From a virus (taxonomy: Duplodnaviria > Caudoviricetes), in the IMG/VR virus record IMGVR_UViG_2582581306_000002, positions 15,726 to 79,725 of that record: 64,000 nt of DNA. One strand, 5' to 3'. Shown here one piece after another: positions 9,135 to 18,753 of the stretch. A model generated the notes under the pieces. It had not been told where the DNA came from. It was given only the letters and a program-made list of their open reading frames with translations, and did no database searches. Numbering within the stretch: the stretch's first letter is position 1; each line of letters begins with the position of its first letter. Both the position numbers and the translations under genes were made by a program.

Positions 9135-10886
9135 ATGGTGGCCCTGAAACTATCCGGATTCGGCGGGGAACGCCCTCTCCTCCTGCCGCGTCTCCTGCCG
9201 GACACTGCCGGCACCGCCGCCGTCAATGTGCGGATGAACGACGGCGCCCTGACGCCGATCAACATTTCGCTGCTTGCCGGCGAGGCCGGTGCTTCCAGCC
9301 ACCAGACAATCTACTACTATCAGGGTGACTGGATTTCATGGTCTGGCGTCGTCAATGCGGTGCCTGGTCCCGTTGCCAGCGACCGGCTCTACTATACCGG
9401 CGATGGCGCCCCGAAGATGCGGATCGGCGCCACGGTCTACGGGCTGAAAATTGCGCGCCCCAGCGGCGACCTCACAGGCACGCTTGTCGGGGTCGGCGCC
9501 GGCGATATCCAGAGCAGGACGTACGTTTACACCTGGGTGACGTCCTACGGCGAGGAATCGGAGCCGAGCCCTGCCGGCAACATTGTGGATTGGAAGCCGG
9601 GCCAGACAGTGACGGTGAGCGGGTTCGCGGCGACGCCGGGCGGCCGTTCCATCACGTTGCAGCGGATCTACCGCTCACAGACCGGCCGGTCCGGCACTTA
9701 CCTCTATCTGATCGCGGAACGGGCGGCAACGAACGCGGACTTCAACGACAACATCGCCGTTGACGCCCTGCAGGAGCCGTTGCCGTCCGCTGACTGGAAC
9801 GAACCGCCGGACGCGCTCGCGGGGCTCATCGCGATGCCAAACGGCATGATGGCGGCTTTTTCGGGCCGTGATGTCTATTTCTGCGAACCCTACCGCCCGC
9901 ATGCCTGGCCTGAAAAATACGTGATGACCTGCGATTCGGACGTGGTCGGGCTCGGCGCGGTCGGCAACGTGCTCATCGTGATGACGAAGGCGCACCCCTA
10001 CATCATGTCGGGTTCGCATCCCGCATCGATGCAAGCCCTGAAACTGGAAACCAACGCACCGTGCCTCACCGCGCGCGGCATCGTCGATCTCGGCTATGCC
10101 ATTGTCTACCCCAGCACCGAGGGCCTCATCGTTGCCCGTGCCGATGGTTCGATATCGCTAGCAACGGCTGACCTGTTAAGCCGCGAGGACTGGCTGCTGC
10201 TCTCCCCGAGCACGATCATCGGTGCGCAGATCGCCGGGGATTACGTCCTTTTCTACGACAACCTCGACGCGGCGGGGAACAAGGTATTCGGCGCCCTGTT
10301 CATCCGCATCAATGCGACGCCGTTTCTGGTGCGATCGAGCGAGCGGGCCTCGGCCGTCTATTACGATGTTCCGACCGGTGCGCTGTATTTCAAGCGAACC
10401 GGCCAGAAAAGCATCATGCGGCTCGATTCGCCGGATGGCGAGCCGAGCACGCTGTATTGGCGATCGAAGGAGTTCTGGTTGACCACGCCGGACACGATGG
10501 GTGTTCTCCTGGTCGATCTCGGCGCACCCCGTTCGGCGCAGGATCAGGCCAACATCGAGGCGGAGATCGCGCGCATCATGGCCGAGAACGCTGCCTTGTT
10601 CGCGACCGGGGCCTTGCTGGGTGATATCAACGATCATGAAATCAATCTCTACGCGATCGGCGGCGATGCCATGCAGGACGTTCCAACCGAAGCTGCGGAT
10701 GGCAAGTTGTCAGTCAGCGTCTACGCCGACGGAAAACTTGTCCGGACCATCAACACGGGGGGCACGATCCACCGGCTGCCCGGCGGTTTCAAAGCCCGAA
10801 AATGGGAACTGGCGGTTTCCAGCAATATACAGGTGGCGCAGCTGATCCTTGCGAAAACCATGGACGAGCTCAAGAAGGTTATCTGA
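9135..10886 (+). CDS. Tail tubular/nozzle protein
   Basis: 583 aa, beta-rich; YVYTWVT..GEES.PSP, FCEPY.PHAWP. Confidence 0.7.
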   Translation: MVALKLSGFGGERPLLLPRLLPDTAGTAAVNVRMNDGALTPINISLLAGEAGASSHQTIYYYQGDWISWSGVVNAVPGPVASDRLYYTGDGAPKMRIGATVYGLKIARPSGDLTGTLVGVGAGDIQSRTYVYTWVTSYGEESEPSPAGNIVDWKPGQTVTVSGFAATPGGRSITLQRIYRSQTGRSGTYLYLIAERAATNADFNDNIAVDALQEPLPSADWNEPPDALAGLIAMPNGMMAAFSGRDVYFCEPYRPHAWPEKYVMTCDSDVVGLGAVGNVLIVMTKAHPYIMSGSHPASMQALKLETNAPCLTARGIVDLGYAIVYPSTEGLIVARADGSISLATADLLSREDWLLLSPSTIIGAQIAGDYVLFYDNLDAAGNKVFGALFIRINATPFLVRSSERASAVYYDVPTGALYFKRTGQKSIMRLDSPDGEPSTLYWRSKEFWLTTPDTMGVLLVDLGAPRSAQDQANIEAEIARIMAENAALFATGALLGDINDHEINLYAIGGDAMQDVPTEAADGKLSVSVYADGKLVRTINTGGTIHRLPGGFKARKWELAVSSNIQVAQLILAKTMDELKKVI

Positions 10887-11155
10887 TGGCCGGCAATAAA
10901 TTCGACCTCGCCATCTTGCAGGAAAAAACTGAAATCCTGCATGGCTCCCGCGCCGGCGGCACGACACCGGAAGCCGCGGTGCGGATCGAGGACGTCAACA
11001 GCATCCTACAGCTATCCCAGCAGTCGATGACGGCTGCCAAGGCTGTCGGGGCGGCCCCCACGAAGGCCGAGTACGATGCTTTGCTTGCCGACGTCTCGCG
11101 TTTGAGGGAATGCCTCGTTACGATGGCCCAAGCCCTGCAGGAGCGGTTGCTGTGA
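10886..11155 (+). CDS. Hypothetical structural protein
   Basis: TGATG coupling; APTKAEYDAL motif. Confidence 0.7.
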   Translation: MAGNKFDLAILQEKTEILHGSRAGGTTPEAAVRIEDVNSILQLSQQSMTAAKAVGAAPTKAEYDALLADVSRLRECLVTMAQALQERLL

Positions 11156-11601
11156 AGCGCCTGGTCTATGGCGAGGACGAGCACTGCATCGCATGGGCAG
11201 AGGCGACGATGGAGGGCTGCAAGTTTCGCGAGGACGCGAAGTGCATCGCGATCGAGCGCGACGGTGCCCTTGCTGCAGCTGCGGTGTTCGACACCTTCTC
11301 CCGGACGTCCTGTTTTCTCCACCTCGTTTCAGACGGCTCGAAACAGTTCCTGAATCGGCAATTCATCGTCCACGTCTTCGCCTATCCGTTCATCCAGTGC
11401 GGATACCGGCGGGTGAGCGCAATGGTCGCCGAAAGCAATGAGAAATCCCTGCGCTTGGTAAAGCATTTCGGGTTCGTCGAGGAAGGCCGGCTGCGGCAGG
11501 ACACCGACGACGGAAGCGATCTCATGGTGTTCGGGATGCTGCGATCGGAGTGCCGCTGGCTGCCTGCGGGAACTGGCTTCCTTCAGGGTTTTGCAGTATA
11601 G
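11152..11601 (+). CDS. GNAT-family acetyltransferase
   Basis: V.ESN.KS.RL.KHFGF.EEG.LR motif; GTG start overlapping the upstream stop. Confidence 0.85.
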   Translation: MKRLVYGEDEHCIAWAEATMEGCKFREDAKCIAIERDGALAAAAVFDTFSRTSCFLHLVSDGSKQFLNRQFIVHVFAYPFIQCGYRRVSAMVAESNEKSLRLVKHFGFVEEGRLRQDTDDGSDLMVFGMLRSECRWLPAGTGFLQGFAV

Positions 11602-11662
11602 AAGGTCATACCTGCGTGCGGGAGGGCAAGCGCCCTACGCCCAAAGCTTTTGAAACCTCACT

Positions 11663-11675
11663 GCGCATGATGTGC
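11663..11675 (+). promoter_or_regulatory. Late-leader motif GCGCATGATGTGC (ejection protein)
   Basis: 22 nt upstream of ATG 11698. Confidence 0.85.
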
Positions 11676-11697
11676 GGGCCAGATTAAGGCTCGTGAA

Positions 11698-12855
11698 ATG
11701 GGTAAAGGTTCATCTTCGGCCCCATCGCCGGACCCTCAGATCGGAGAAGCCGCCTTAAAGCAAGCCGCCCTCGGTGAGGAGTGGCTGTCATTTGCCAAGG
11801 ATTCGTTCAAGGTCTCGACCGAGCGCCAGAAGCAGATTGATGCGACGACACAGAAAATCGTCGACCAGCAGTTTGGCGTCGCGAAAGATCAGGCGGCGTG
11901 GGCTAAAGAAGATCGGGATAGGTACTCCAAGACCTTCAAGCCCATCGAAGACGACTTCATCAAGGAAGCGACCAACTATGCGACGCCGGCCAAGCAGGCT
12001 GAGGCCGCAGCGGAGGCTCGGGCCGATGTTCAGACCGCTGCGGCCACTGCGCGCGCGACGGGCCAGCGCGAGGCGATGGCCATGGGCATCAATCCCAATT
12101 CGGGGAGGTTTGCCGGTGTACAGCGTTCGGGTGAGCTCGGTACGACGCTGGCCGAGGCCGGTGCGGCCAACAATGCGCGTACCGCTGTGCGCGACAAAGG
12201 CCTCGCCCTTAAAGCCGATGTTTCCAATCTCGGGAAAGGGTTGCCGGCACAATCCGCTCAGGCGGCCGCTCTCGGTCTCAACGCCGGAAATTCCGTCACC
12301 GGCAATATCAATGCCGCCAACGGACAATACCTCGCATCGACCGGTATCATGGGGCAAGGATATTCCGGCGCCCAGCAGGGCTACGCCAGTCAGGCGAATA
12401 TTTTACAGAACCAGTACAACAGCCAGCTTCGCGCCTGGGAGGTGGAGCAGAACAGCGCGAACGCTGGCGCTGCTGGCATCGGTTCTGCGCTGGGCAGCAT
12501 CGCCGGCATGTTTCGGTTCACGTCCGATGAGAACGAGAAGGAAAACAAGCGCGCCCTCGCCGACGGCGAAGCGTTGGATGCCGTCAACAATATGCCTGTT
12601 GAGGAATGGGATTATAAGGAGGGGTCCGGCGACGGCGGGCGCCATGTAGGTACCTACGCTGCGGAGTTCGCCCGAGAGGTCGGGGGTGATGGCAAATCCA
12701 TCGATGTCATCTCTGCACTCGGCGTCTCAATGGGCGCAATCAAGGATCTCAGCTCGAAGGTGGATAAGATCGCCCAGCAGGTCGGGCTTGGTGGCCGAAA
12801 GCCTGCAAACAGCAACAGTGACAGAGCATATGGCCTGTCCGCAGGGAGGGCGTAG
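11698..12855 (+). CDS. Internal virion/DNA ejection protein with a C-terminal peptidase S74-like domain
   Basis: MGKG..AP..DP start; A/G/Q-rich helices; SDENEKEN...W.YK...HVG..A motif. Confidence 0.75.
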   Translation: MGKGSSSAPSPDPQIGEAALKQAALGEEWLSFAKDSFKVSTERQKQIDATTQKIVDQQFGVAKDQAAWAKEDRDRYSKTFKPIEDDFIKEATNYATPAKQAEAAAEARADVQTAAATARATGQREAMAMGINPNSGRFAGVQRSGELGTTLAEAGAANNARTAVRDKGLALKADVSNLGKGLPAQSAQAAALGLNAGNSVTGNINAANGQYLASTGIMGQGYSGAQQGYASQANILQNQYNSQLRAWEVEQNSANAGAAGIGSALGSIAGMFRFTSDENEKENKRALADGEALDAVNNMPVEEWDYKEGSGDGGRHVGTYAAEFAREVGGDGKSIDVISALGVSMGAIKDLSSKVDKIAQQVGLGGRKPANSNSDRAYGLSAGRA

Positions 12856-12857
12856 AT

Positions 12858-14249
12858 TTGAGCAGCTTTGGAATTGGTTTAGGCGGGTTCGTTGAGGGTT
12901 ATGCTAAATCCAGGCGGCTTCGCCTGGACGAGGAAGAGCAGGATCGTCGTGATAAGCGGCTGGAATTGCAGGACGCGAGGCAGGTCAAGCTGGACGCCCG
13001 GACCGATCTCGAAAACCAGCGTGCGGACGTCGAGTATGACCGAGCGGTTGGGCAGAGAAACCAACTTGATGCGATTACGTCTGATACGAAAAACAAGTTC
13101 GATACTGCTGTCAAAGCCGGAACCGCACAACCAGATGAGTTTGACACGTTCTGGAATACAGAGGCTCTCCCCCGGTTGAAGCAAACATATCTGCTGCGAG
13201 GCGATACTGAAAACGCCAAGAAGGTGCAGGAGTGGGGTGATAGCGAAGGAGTAAAAGCAGGAGCAAAGCTCTTCGCAACCGCACTCACCAAATCGATGGC
13301 CGGTGATTGGGAAGGGTCGATCGCAGACGCCAATAAGGCGCTGCAGCAGCCAGGGTATTTCGGGGATGGCTACAGTCTTAACTTCGTTGATAAGCTGGTT
13401 GACCCGAGCGGAAAAGAGTTGGGATACCGCGTCCGGTTGGACCGTCCCAACGGCGAGCCTGTCATGCAAGATGTCAAATTCTCTGAGTTCCCATCGTTGA
13501 TAGCCACTCTGGGCAACCCTCCTGAGGCCTACAAGCATCAACAGGCCGCGCTTTCCGAGGCGGCGAAGCGCGATCAGGAGTTGGAAACGTACACGAAGAA
13601 GAAAGAGATCGATAAATCATATGGCCTCGGAAGCGCCAACAAGGGACGAAGCTCGGCAATCACATCGCTGCGAAAACGCATGGATGGCGGGCTCGATGGT
13701 TCCGGACCAAACTTCGATGCTCTTCCTGCAGATGAGAAGGAAAAATTGATTGCGGCCGAACTCGAGCTGCAGACCGGTGCGGCGGAGCAGCCAGGGCTCG
13801 CTGCGCCGGCGCAACGAAAGGTCATTGTTGATCAGACGACAGGTGAGCGGGTTGACCCGGCAGCGGCACGCAAGCCAACCCCACAGAAAGCAGTCGAGGC
13901 AACGCCGGAGCAGCCCCCAGCCGAATCGAACTCAATTCTCGGCAATATGGCGAGGCGAGCCAAGGCGGAGTTCAACTATATGACAGGGCAAGGTCAAGCT
14001 CCGGCCCTGTTCATGACCGGGGGCGATAATTCTCCTGGCCGTCAGATCGCCGAACAAGGCCAGCAAGCCGAGCCCCAGAGCAAAAGCCAAATTATGATCG
14101 CGAATGCGATGAAGTGGGCCGCCGCAGGCGAGAACCCTCAGGTTATCGCCAAACAGCTGATTGACAATGGTATTCCACCGGAACAGTGGCCGCCCGAGCT
14201 GCGCCAAACACTCCAGCAAAATCGGGCTATTGGTCTAGGGGCTCGGTAG
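12858..14249 (+). CDS. Probable DNA ejection protein
   Basis: G-rich N-terminus, helical; follows the ejection gene; TTG start with SD GGGAGG. Confidence 0.65.
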   Translation: MSSFGIGLGGFVEGYAKSRRLRLDEEEQDRRDKRLELQDARQVKLDARTDLENQRADVEYDRAVGQRNQLDAITSDTKNKFDTAVKAGTAQPDEFDTFWNTEALPRLKQTYLLRGDTENAKKVQEWGDSEGVKAGAKLFATALTKSMAGDWEGSIADANKALQQPGYFGDGYSLNFVDKLVDPSGKELGYRVRLDRPNGEPVMQDVKFSEFPSLIATLGNPPEAYKHQQAALSEAAKRDQELETYTKKKEIDKSYGLGSANKGRSSAITSLRKRMDGGLDGSGPNFDALPADEKEKLIAAELELQTGAAEQPGLAAPAQRKVIVDQTTGERVDPAAARKPTPQKAVEATPEQPPAESNSILGNMARRAKAEFNYMTGQGQAPALFMTGGDNSPGRQIAEQGQQAEPQSKSQIMIANAMKWAAAGENPQVIAKQLIDNGIPPEQWPPELRQTLQQNRAIGLGAR

Positions 14250-14442
14250 CTTTAGCGGGCAATGTTTCCTTCGAGCCCGCACCTAGGAAAAATGTGACAG
14301 ACCCAGTCCATCTGTCCAATTGATATGCGCCAGCCCGGTTTGACGTGTTGAACGTGCGGATATCATAACGAGCAAGCCACGCCACTACTACAATGCACGC
14401 GATCGCCAAAGTCATCCATGGGTTTTTCTTTGCAAACTCCAT
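14227..14442 (-). CDS. Small membrane-anchored protein
   Basis: N-terminal TM; LDRWTG motif; convergent overlap with the upstream gene. Confidence 0.6.
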   Translation of the reverse strand: MEFAKKNPWMTLAIACIVVVAWLARYDIRTFNTSNRAGAYQLDRWTGSVTFFLGAGSKETLPAKATEPLDQ

Positions 14443-14452
14443 AATGACACCT

Positions 14453-14665
14453 TTATGCGGGACGAACGGCAGGCGCGACTTCGTCCTGCGGCCACCTCTT
14501 GGTCGCTACAACCCAAAGGAAGATGATCGGGACAATGGGAATGAAGGCGAGCAGCGAAAGGGCTGGAGGAATGCCTGTTCGCTTGAATATTTTCCAAAAA
14601 GGAACGACCAAACAAACAGCATAAATACCGACAATCAGAAAATGGTAGACGCTAAAACTTCCCAT
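14453..14665 (-). CDS. Small two-TM membrane protein
   Basis: MGSFSVYHFLIV...PFWKIFKRTG...FIPIV...RWP; SD AAGGGGG. Confidence 0.7.
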   Translation of the reverse strand: MGSFSVYHFLIVGIYAVCLVVPFWKIFKRTGIPPALSLLAFIPIVPIIFLWVVATKRWPQDEVAPAVRPA

Positions 14666-14696
14666 TATGCCCCCTTAAGTTGAGCGTCATCATGCA

Positions 14697-14906
14697 TCAT
14701 TTTTCCGGAGTGTCGAGATACCCATGTCCAACCAACCAATCCCGAAGGATTCGCCGAAGTGCTTCTGAACGCTCGATCGGAGCATCCGCGTGAGCATCCC
14801 CATCGTTCATGTACCTGTCTAACGCGTCGAGCACTCGCCGTTCAACCCGCGATCTGACAAGTTCGCTATCAACTGGGGGTCTACCCATCTTACTTTCTGT
14901 GCTCAT
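14697..14906 (-). CDS. Ribbon-helix-helix DNA-binding protein
   Basis: MGRPP..SE.V..R.....LDALD.......RSEALRRIL. Confidence 0.7.
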   Translation of the reverse strand: MSTESKMGRPPVDSELVRSRVERRVLDALDRYMNDGDAHADAPIERSEALRRILRDWLVGHGYLDTPEK

Positions 14907-15015
14907 TAAGTTTGACAATCCAGAGTATATGAGCATATAAAGTAGACGAGCCGAGCTGAGGGTGCAACCTCAATCTCGGCTCTAACCGAAACGACGATCC
15001 TAAGGAGATCCTCGA

Positions 15016-15414
15016 ATGGCTGCGCTTGCCAATAGCACCTCCGTGCCGATTTATGAACCGACACTTTCGGTCGAAACGATCGAACATCACAGCGAACTCT
15101 ACACGCTGATGGAAGCGTTGACGGCGCTGGGCGACTTCGCGGCCTCGCTGACCCATGCACCGCACTTTCGTGACCCCGCAAGGGGCGGCTACAATCCTGC
15201 CGGCGACGTCATGTATGGAACGATGGAGTTCCTTTGCATCCAGTCCACCCGCGTCGTAGAACGTGCCAAGGCCCTCCCCGCCACAACGCCCAGTGAGATG
15301 GCGATGCGTGCCCGGACCATCCTTTACTACGAGCTCCGCTGCGCCCACGATCTCAACGATGTCTCCGAGTTCGCCAACCTGGCCTTCTCTCTTGTCAGCG
15401 CGAGGCCGAACTGA
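15016..15414 (+). CDS. Hypothetical protein
   Basis: SD TAAGGAG; divergent from the RHH gene; TTGACA at 14912. Confidence 0.7.
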   Translation: MAALANSTSVPIYEPTLSVETIEHHSELYTLMEALTALGDFAASLTHAPHFRDPARGGYNPAGDVMYGTMEFLCIQSTRVVERAKALPATTPSEMAMRARTILYYELRCAHDLNDVSEFANLAFSLVSARPN

Positions 15415-15665
15415 TGGGAACCGATACCGACAACGCCCGCCGCAACTTCCTTCTGGCTGCTGCTGGTGTCCCGCTCATTGTTTCCGCGCCGGCGCCAGCA
15501 GTTGCGGCACCGGCCGGCAGCATCGACCTGGTCAACTACCATCTCCGCGAGTTGGTGAAGGCGATCGAGGCTGTGGACCCGACCGTCAACAGCTGGAAGA
15601 TTTCGGATTTTACCGCCGGCAGCGATCGTGGCTGCGCGATCGCCCTCGCGGCATGGCGGGAGTGA
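15414..15665 (+). CDS. Small protein with a twin-arginine-like N-terminus (paralog family A)
   Basis: ARRNFLLAAAG; YHL.EL.KA....DP...W...GCAI. Confidence 0.65.
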   Translation: MGTDTDNARRNFLLAAAGVPLIVSAPAPAVAAPAGSIDLVNYHLRELVKAIEAVDPTVNSWKISDFTAGSDRGCAIALAAWRE

Positions 15666-15670
15666 TAAGC

Positions 15671-15832
15671 ATGGAGAAGGTCAAACGCATTCTCGACGAA
15701 CTGAAATATGCGGTGCGGGAGGTTGACCCGACGATCAACGGATGGCTCATCACCCACGATCTTCACCGAAGTGGCGGAGCAGGTTGTGCGATCGTAATTA
15801 CTGGTATTCGGGACAGGAAGCATGCCCAATAA
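15671..15832 (+). CDS. Small protein, paralog family A, without the signal
   Basis: LDELKYAVREVDPTINGW...GCAIVI. Confidence 0.55.
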   Translation: MEKVKRILDELKYAVREVDPTINGWLITHDLHRSGGAGCAIVITGIRDRKHAQ

Positions 15833-16631
15833 ATCATGCGCTGTTGAGGGGTGTGGCAAACCGCATAAAGCTAAGGGTTTATGCAGCACACATTACGTGT
15901 ATTGGAAAAACCACGGCGTCGCCCAGTATATCCCTGTCGTCGTCATGAAAACCCCCATATCTTGCTCCGTCCCAGGGTGCGAGCGCCCGAAGGAAGCTCG
16001 TGGCTGGTGCAGTATGCACTGGAAGCGCTGGAGAGCGCATGGCGACCCGGTCCAACTCAAATTTGCGCCGGGCGCGTTGTGCTCCGTGGAAGGTTGCGAA
16101 AGATCGTTAAAGGCGCTTGGCTTTTGCCAGTTGCACTATCATCGGACGAGGCGCACGGGTGGTACACAGATCGAAGGGCCATCATCATCTGACAAACAGG
16201 ATTTCATCGCCTCGGCGATCGCTCACAGCGGTGACAACTGTCTACCCTGGCCGTTCGCCATTTCACCGGAGGGCTACGGAAGGATCAATAACGAATATGT
16301 TCACAGAATTGTGTGTGAGGGCGTCGATGGGCCGCCGCCTACACCAGACCACGAAGCCTCTCACTCATGCGGGAACGGCCATCTTGCCTGTATCTCCGGC
16401 GGTCATCTTCGTTGGGCAACCAGGTTGGAGAACGCCAACGATATGGTCGCGCACGGAACCAGTACCAAAGGTGTGAAAAATGCGAGAGCGAAACTTACCA
16501 ATCATCAGGTCAGACAAATTAGATCGCTAGCAACCAGCGGAACCCGACACGAGATTGGCCAGATGTTCGGCGTGTCCGGAGCCTGTATCACCGCCATCCT
16601 CACCGGCCGCACCTGGTCCTGGCTCAAATAG
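15822..16631 (+). CDS. HNH endonuclease with three N-terminal Zn-finger repeats and a C-terminal HTH
   Basis: 3x C.V.GC......G.C..HY/W; GYG, VHR, ASH.CGN...C....HLRWAT..EN..D. Confidence 0.85.
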   Translation: MPNKSCAVEGCGKPHKAKGLCSTHYVYWKNHGVAQYIPVVVMKTPISCSVPGCERPKEARGWCSMHWKRWRAHGDPVQLKFAPGALCSVEGCERSLKALGFCQLHYHRTRRTGGTQIEGPSSSDKQDFIASAIAHSGDNCLPWPFAISPEGYGRINNEYVHRIVCEGVDGPPPTPDHEASHSCGNGHLACISGGHLRWATRLENANDMVAHGTSTKGVKNARAKLTNHQVRQIRSLATSGTRHEIGQMFGVSGACITAILTGRTWSWLK

Positions 16632-16649
16632 CCATCACCACAACCGCAA

Positions 16650-16680
16650 CAAAAAGCCCGCCGGAGCGGGCTTTCGTTTT
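16650..16680. terminator. Bidirectional terminator
   Basis: AAAAAGCCCGC-CGGA-GCGGGCTTT between convergent genes. Confidence 0.75.
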
Positions 16681-17315
16681 CAAGCGGCGACGACACCGCC
16701 GCCATCGAATCCTTGTCGGTCCGACTTCTTATCGACCTTGTGATCCACCTTGGCGATGTAGCGCGAGACCTTGGCCACTGCAGCCATCTCCGCTCGTTCG
16801 TCGGTCATGAAGGCGGTGAACTCCTTGAACATCTTCGAGGTCTCCGGCCAGCGCAGTATGAGCGCCACCATGCCTGATCTCAGGGCGCGATCAATCTCTT
16901 CGATCATGTCCGGACGGCTACGGCGCAGAGCATCAAACTCCTTCTTGACGAAGTTTTTGTCACCGCTCTCGCGTTCGTTGGCCAACGATCCACGGACCAG
17001 TTCCTTGACGAAATATTTCGCGACGTCATGGTGGCCGATGGCGCGAGCCAAGGACATGACAAGTAGTTTCATCTCTTTGGAGACGGCCGGCTCGTTGATG
17101 ATCTTGTCGTATGCGAGGGAAAACGTCTCGAGGCTGGCGCGCGCGATCTTCAGATCTCGCGCTCGATCCCGGTATTTCTGCGCCCGCATTTTGAGGAACG
17201 TCGCCGCGATGCTACCGATGGCGATAGCAGTGAGCGCCGAAATGAGGATGTCAGTGTCGAATATCATCATGACACCATACTCCGCGAGAGTTAAAATTGT
17301 TCCGATCCCGATCAC
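16680..17315 (-). CDS. Membrane-anchored hypothetical protein
   Basis: N-terminal hydrophobic segments; GTGA-type overlap with the upstream gene. Confidence 0.7.
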   Translation of the reverse strand: MIGIGTILTLAEYGVMMIFDTDILISALTAIAIGSIAATFLKMRAQKYRDRARDLKIARASLETFSLAYDKIINEPAVSKEMKLLVMSLARAIGHHDVAKYFVKELVRGSLANERESGDKNFVKKEFDALRRSRPDMIEEIDRALRSGMVALILRWPETSKMFKEFTAFMTDERAEMAAVAKVSRYIAKVDHKVDKKSDRQGFDGGGVVAA

Positions 17316-17602
17316 TTTATTCGTCCAACCTTGCTTCGGTCTAACGCGACTTTGGCAGCCAATTCGGCCCGCTTCGTGTCGAACGCCAGCTGGTTTTGCT
17401 TTGCTTCATGTTTGTCGCTTTCCTTTGCCCTGTACAGATAGAGCAGGTAAAGCGCCAGCGGAAACCCGAATGCGTACATGTCGGTGGCGCCGGCCGCCTT
17501 CGCCGCAACGGAGACCAACCCCAACCCGAATATCAGTAACGCTTCTGCTTTGCCGGAAAGGCCTTTGGCGACTGAGTTTAAAACGTCCGACAGTTTGTCC
17601 AT
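17312..17602 (-). CDS. Two-TM hypothetical protein
   Basis: Two hydrophobic segments and a basic tail; AT-rich upstream region. Confidence 0.65.
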   Translation of the reverse strand: MDKLSDVLNSVAKGLSGKAEALLIFGLGLVSVAAKAAGATDMYAFGFPLALYLLYLYRAKESDKHEAKQNQLAFDTKRAELAAKVALDRSKVGRIK

Positions 17603-17880
17603 TATTGCAACCGTTAAAAATGCAACTAGACAACTATTGGATTCCCTTTCTCATGTCACGCCCCGTTAAGGTTGTTCTTACCATATATCGTGCGTATCAA
17701 ATAGCATTTCAATGTGACGTTTCGTCAGCCGCATTTCTGCTGACACTAATTGCGCCAGGATTGCGCCGCCATCATCCATTTTGATGACTTCCGCATTGTT
17801 TCTGCCGCATTTCCGGAACGTTTTCATTCATCTATTGATTCTTGGCTCAAATAACCCCTGCCCTCGATATTTCGATGGCC

Positions 17881-18717
17881 TTAGAAATAAGGTCGGGGGG
17901 TCCAGACGCCGTCCAGACTTGGGTAATAGACCCCGCCGGTGGACAAGCCTTCAAAGGTGATCTGCAATGGCCCGGCCGTTCCGAACTGCGCGTAGCAAAC
18001 GACAGCAACAGCTGCGAGCGCATCCAACAACATTTCCACAGTCGCGCTTTTCAGGCATCCCTCTCGGTCATGTTTGACGGCGTTGTACGCCTTCCACCAG
18101 CTCGGCGTCTTCTTTGCAAAATCAGCGAAAGGCAGACGCTTTTCGATCAATGGAAATTGAGGAATGAAGATCCCGTACCGCGATAACCCCAGGAAGGGTT
18201 CGACCTTCTTGAAGTCTGTAATCGTCAAATTACCTTGCGCTTTGTAGCCATTTTCCTTCAGAGCGCTGGCGAGGTGACTTTCAACCTCCATCGAACACAG
18301 CATCAAAAGCTGGCGGATGCGATCTCCGTAGACCTTTAGGTTGTCCTGGTCTGGATAGATGACCTGAAAGACATCTTGGGTATCGGAAAAAAGCATGGTG
18401 AGGTGTCGCATCGCGTCTGCGCGAGCCGGTGGATTGAGGTCCGGCAGACCACTAGGCTGCGCGTCCCTATACACCCTCGGATGATATTCTCCCCGATCGA
18501 GCCTTTGCACCGTCGTTTCAATTTTACTTGGGCCGTAACCATGGTGAAAATGGAAACCAGAACTCATTTTTTCGATCAATTCTTCAACGCTGCTCACGAC
18601 CAGCGGTGCGAGGTTTTCGTCGGCTTCTGCAAGAGAATAGGCTTTCGTGCCGGTCAAATGCCAATCCGAGCTGTATCGACTGCCGCCCGGCGCCGTTTCA
18701 GTAATCGTCACAATCAC
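17881..18717 (-). CDS. Hypothetical protein with a HEPN-like motif
   Basis: LLMLCSMEVES...WWKAYNAVKHDR; SD GGGAG. Confidence 0.6.
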   Translation of the reverse strand: MIVTITETAPGGSRYSSDWHLTGTKAYSLAEADENLAPLVVSSVEELIEKMSSGFHFHHGYGPSKIETTVQRLDRGEYHPRVYRDAQPSGLPDLNPPARADAMRHLTMLFSDTQDVFQVIYPDQDNLKVYGDRIRQLLMLCSMEVESHLASALKENGYKAQGNLTITDFKKVEPFLGLSRYGIFIPQFPLIEKRLPFADFAKKTPSWWKAYNAVKHDREGCLKSATVEMLLDALAAVAVVCYAQFGTAGPLQITFEGLSTGGVYYPSLDGVWTPRPYF

Positions 18718-18753
18718 GTTCTTCTCCCAATCCTCACAACCGCATCTGGCCCG

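Noticed and set aside
14453-14665. tatA
   Set aside because: Only the first 12 residues resemble TatA; no FG hinge or amphipathic helix, and a second TM is present
17604-17627. TTGCAAC...TGCAACT as another operator
   Set aside because: Half-sites are direct rather than GTTGC-N7-GCAAC
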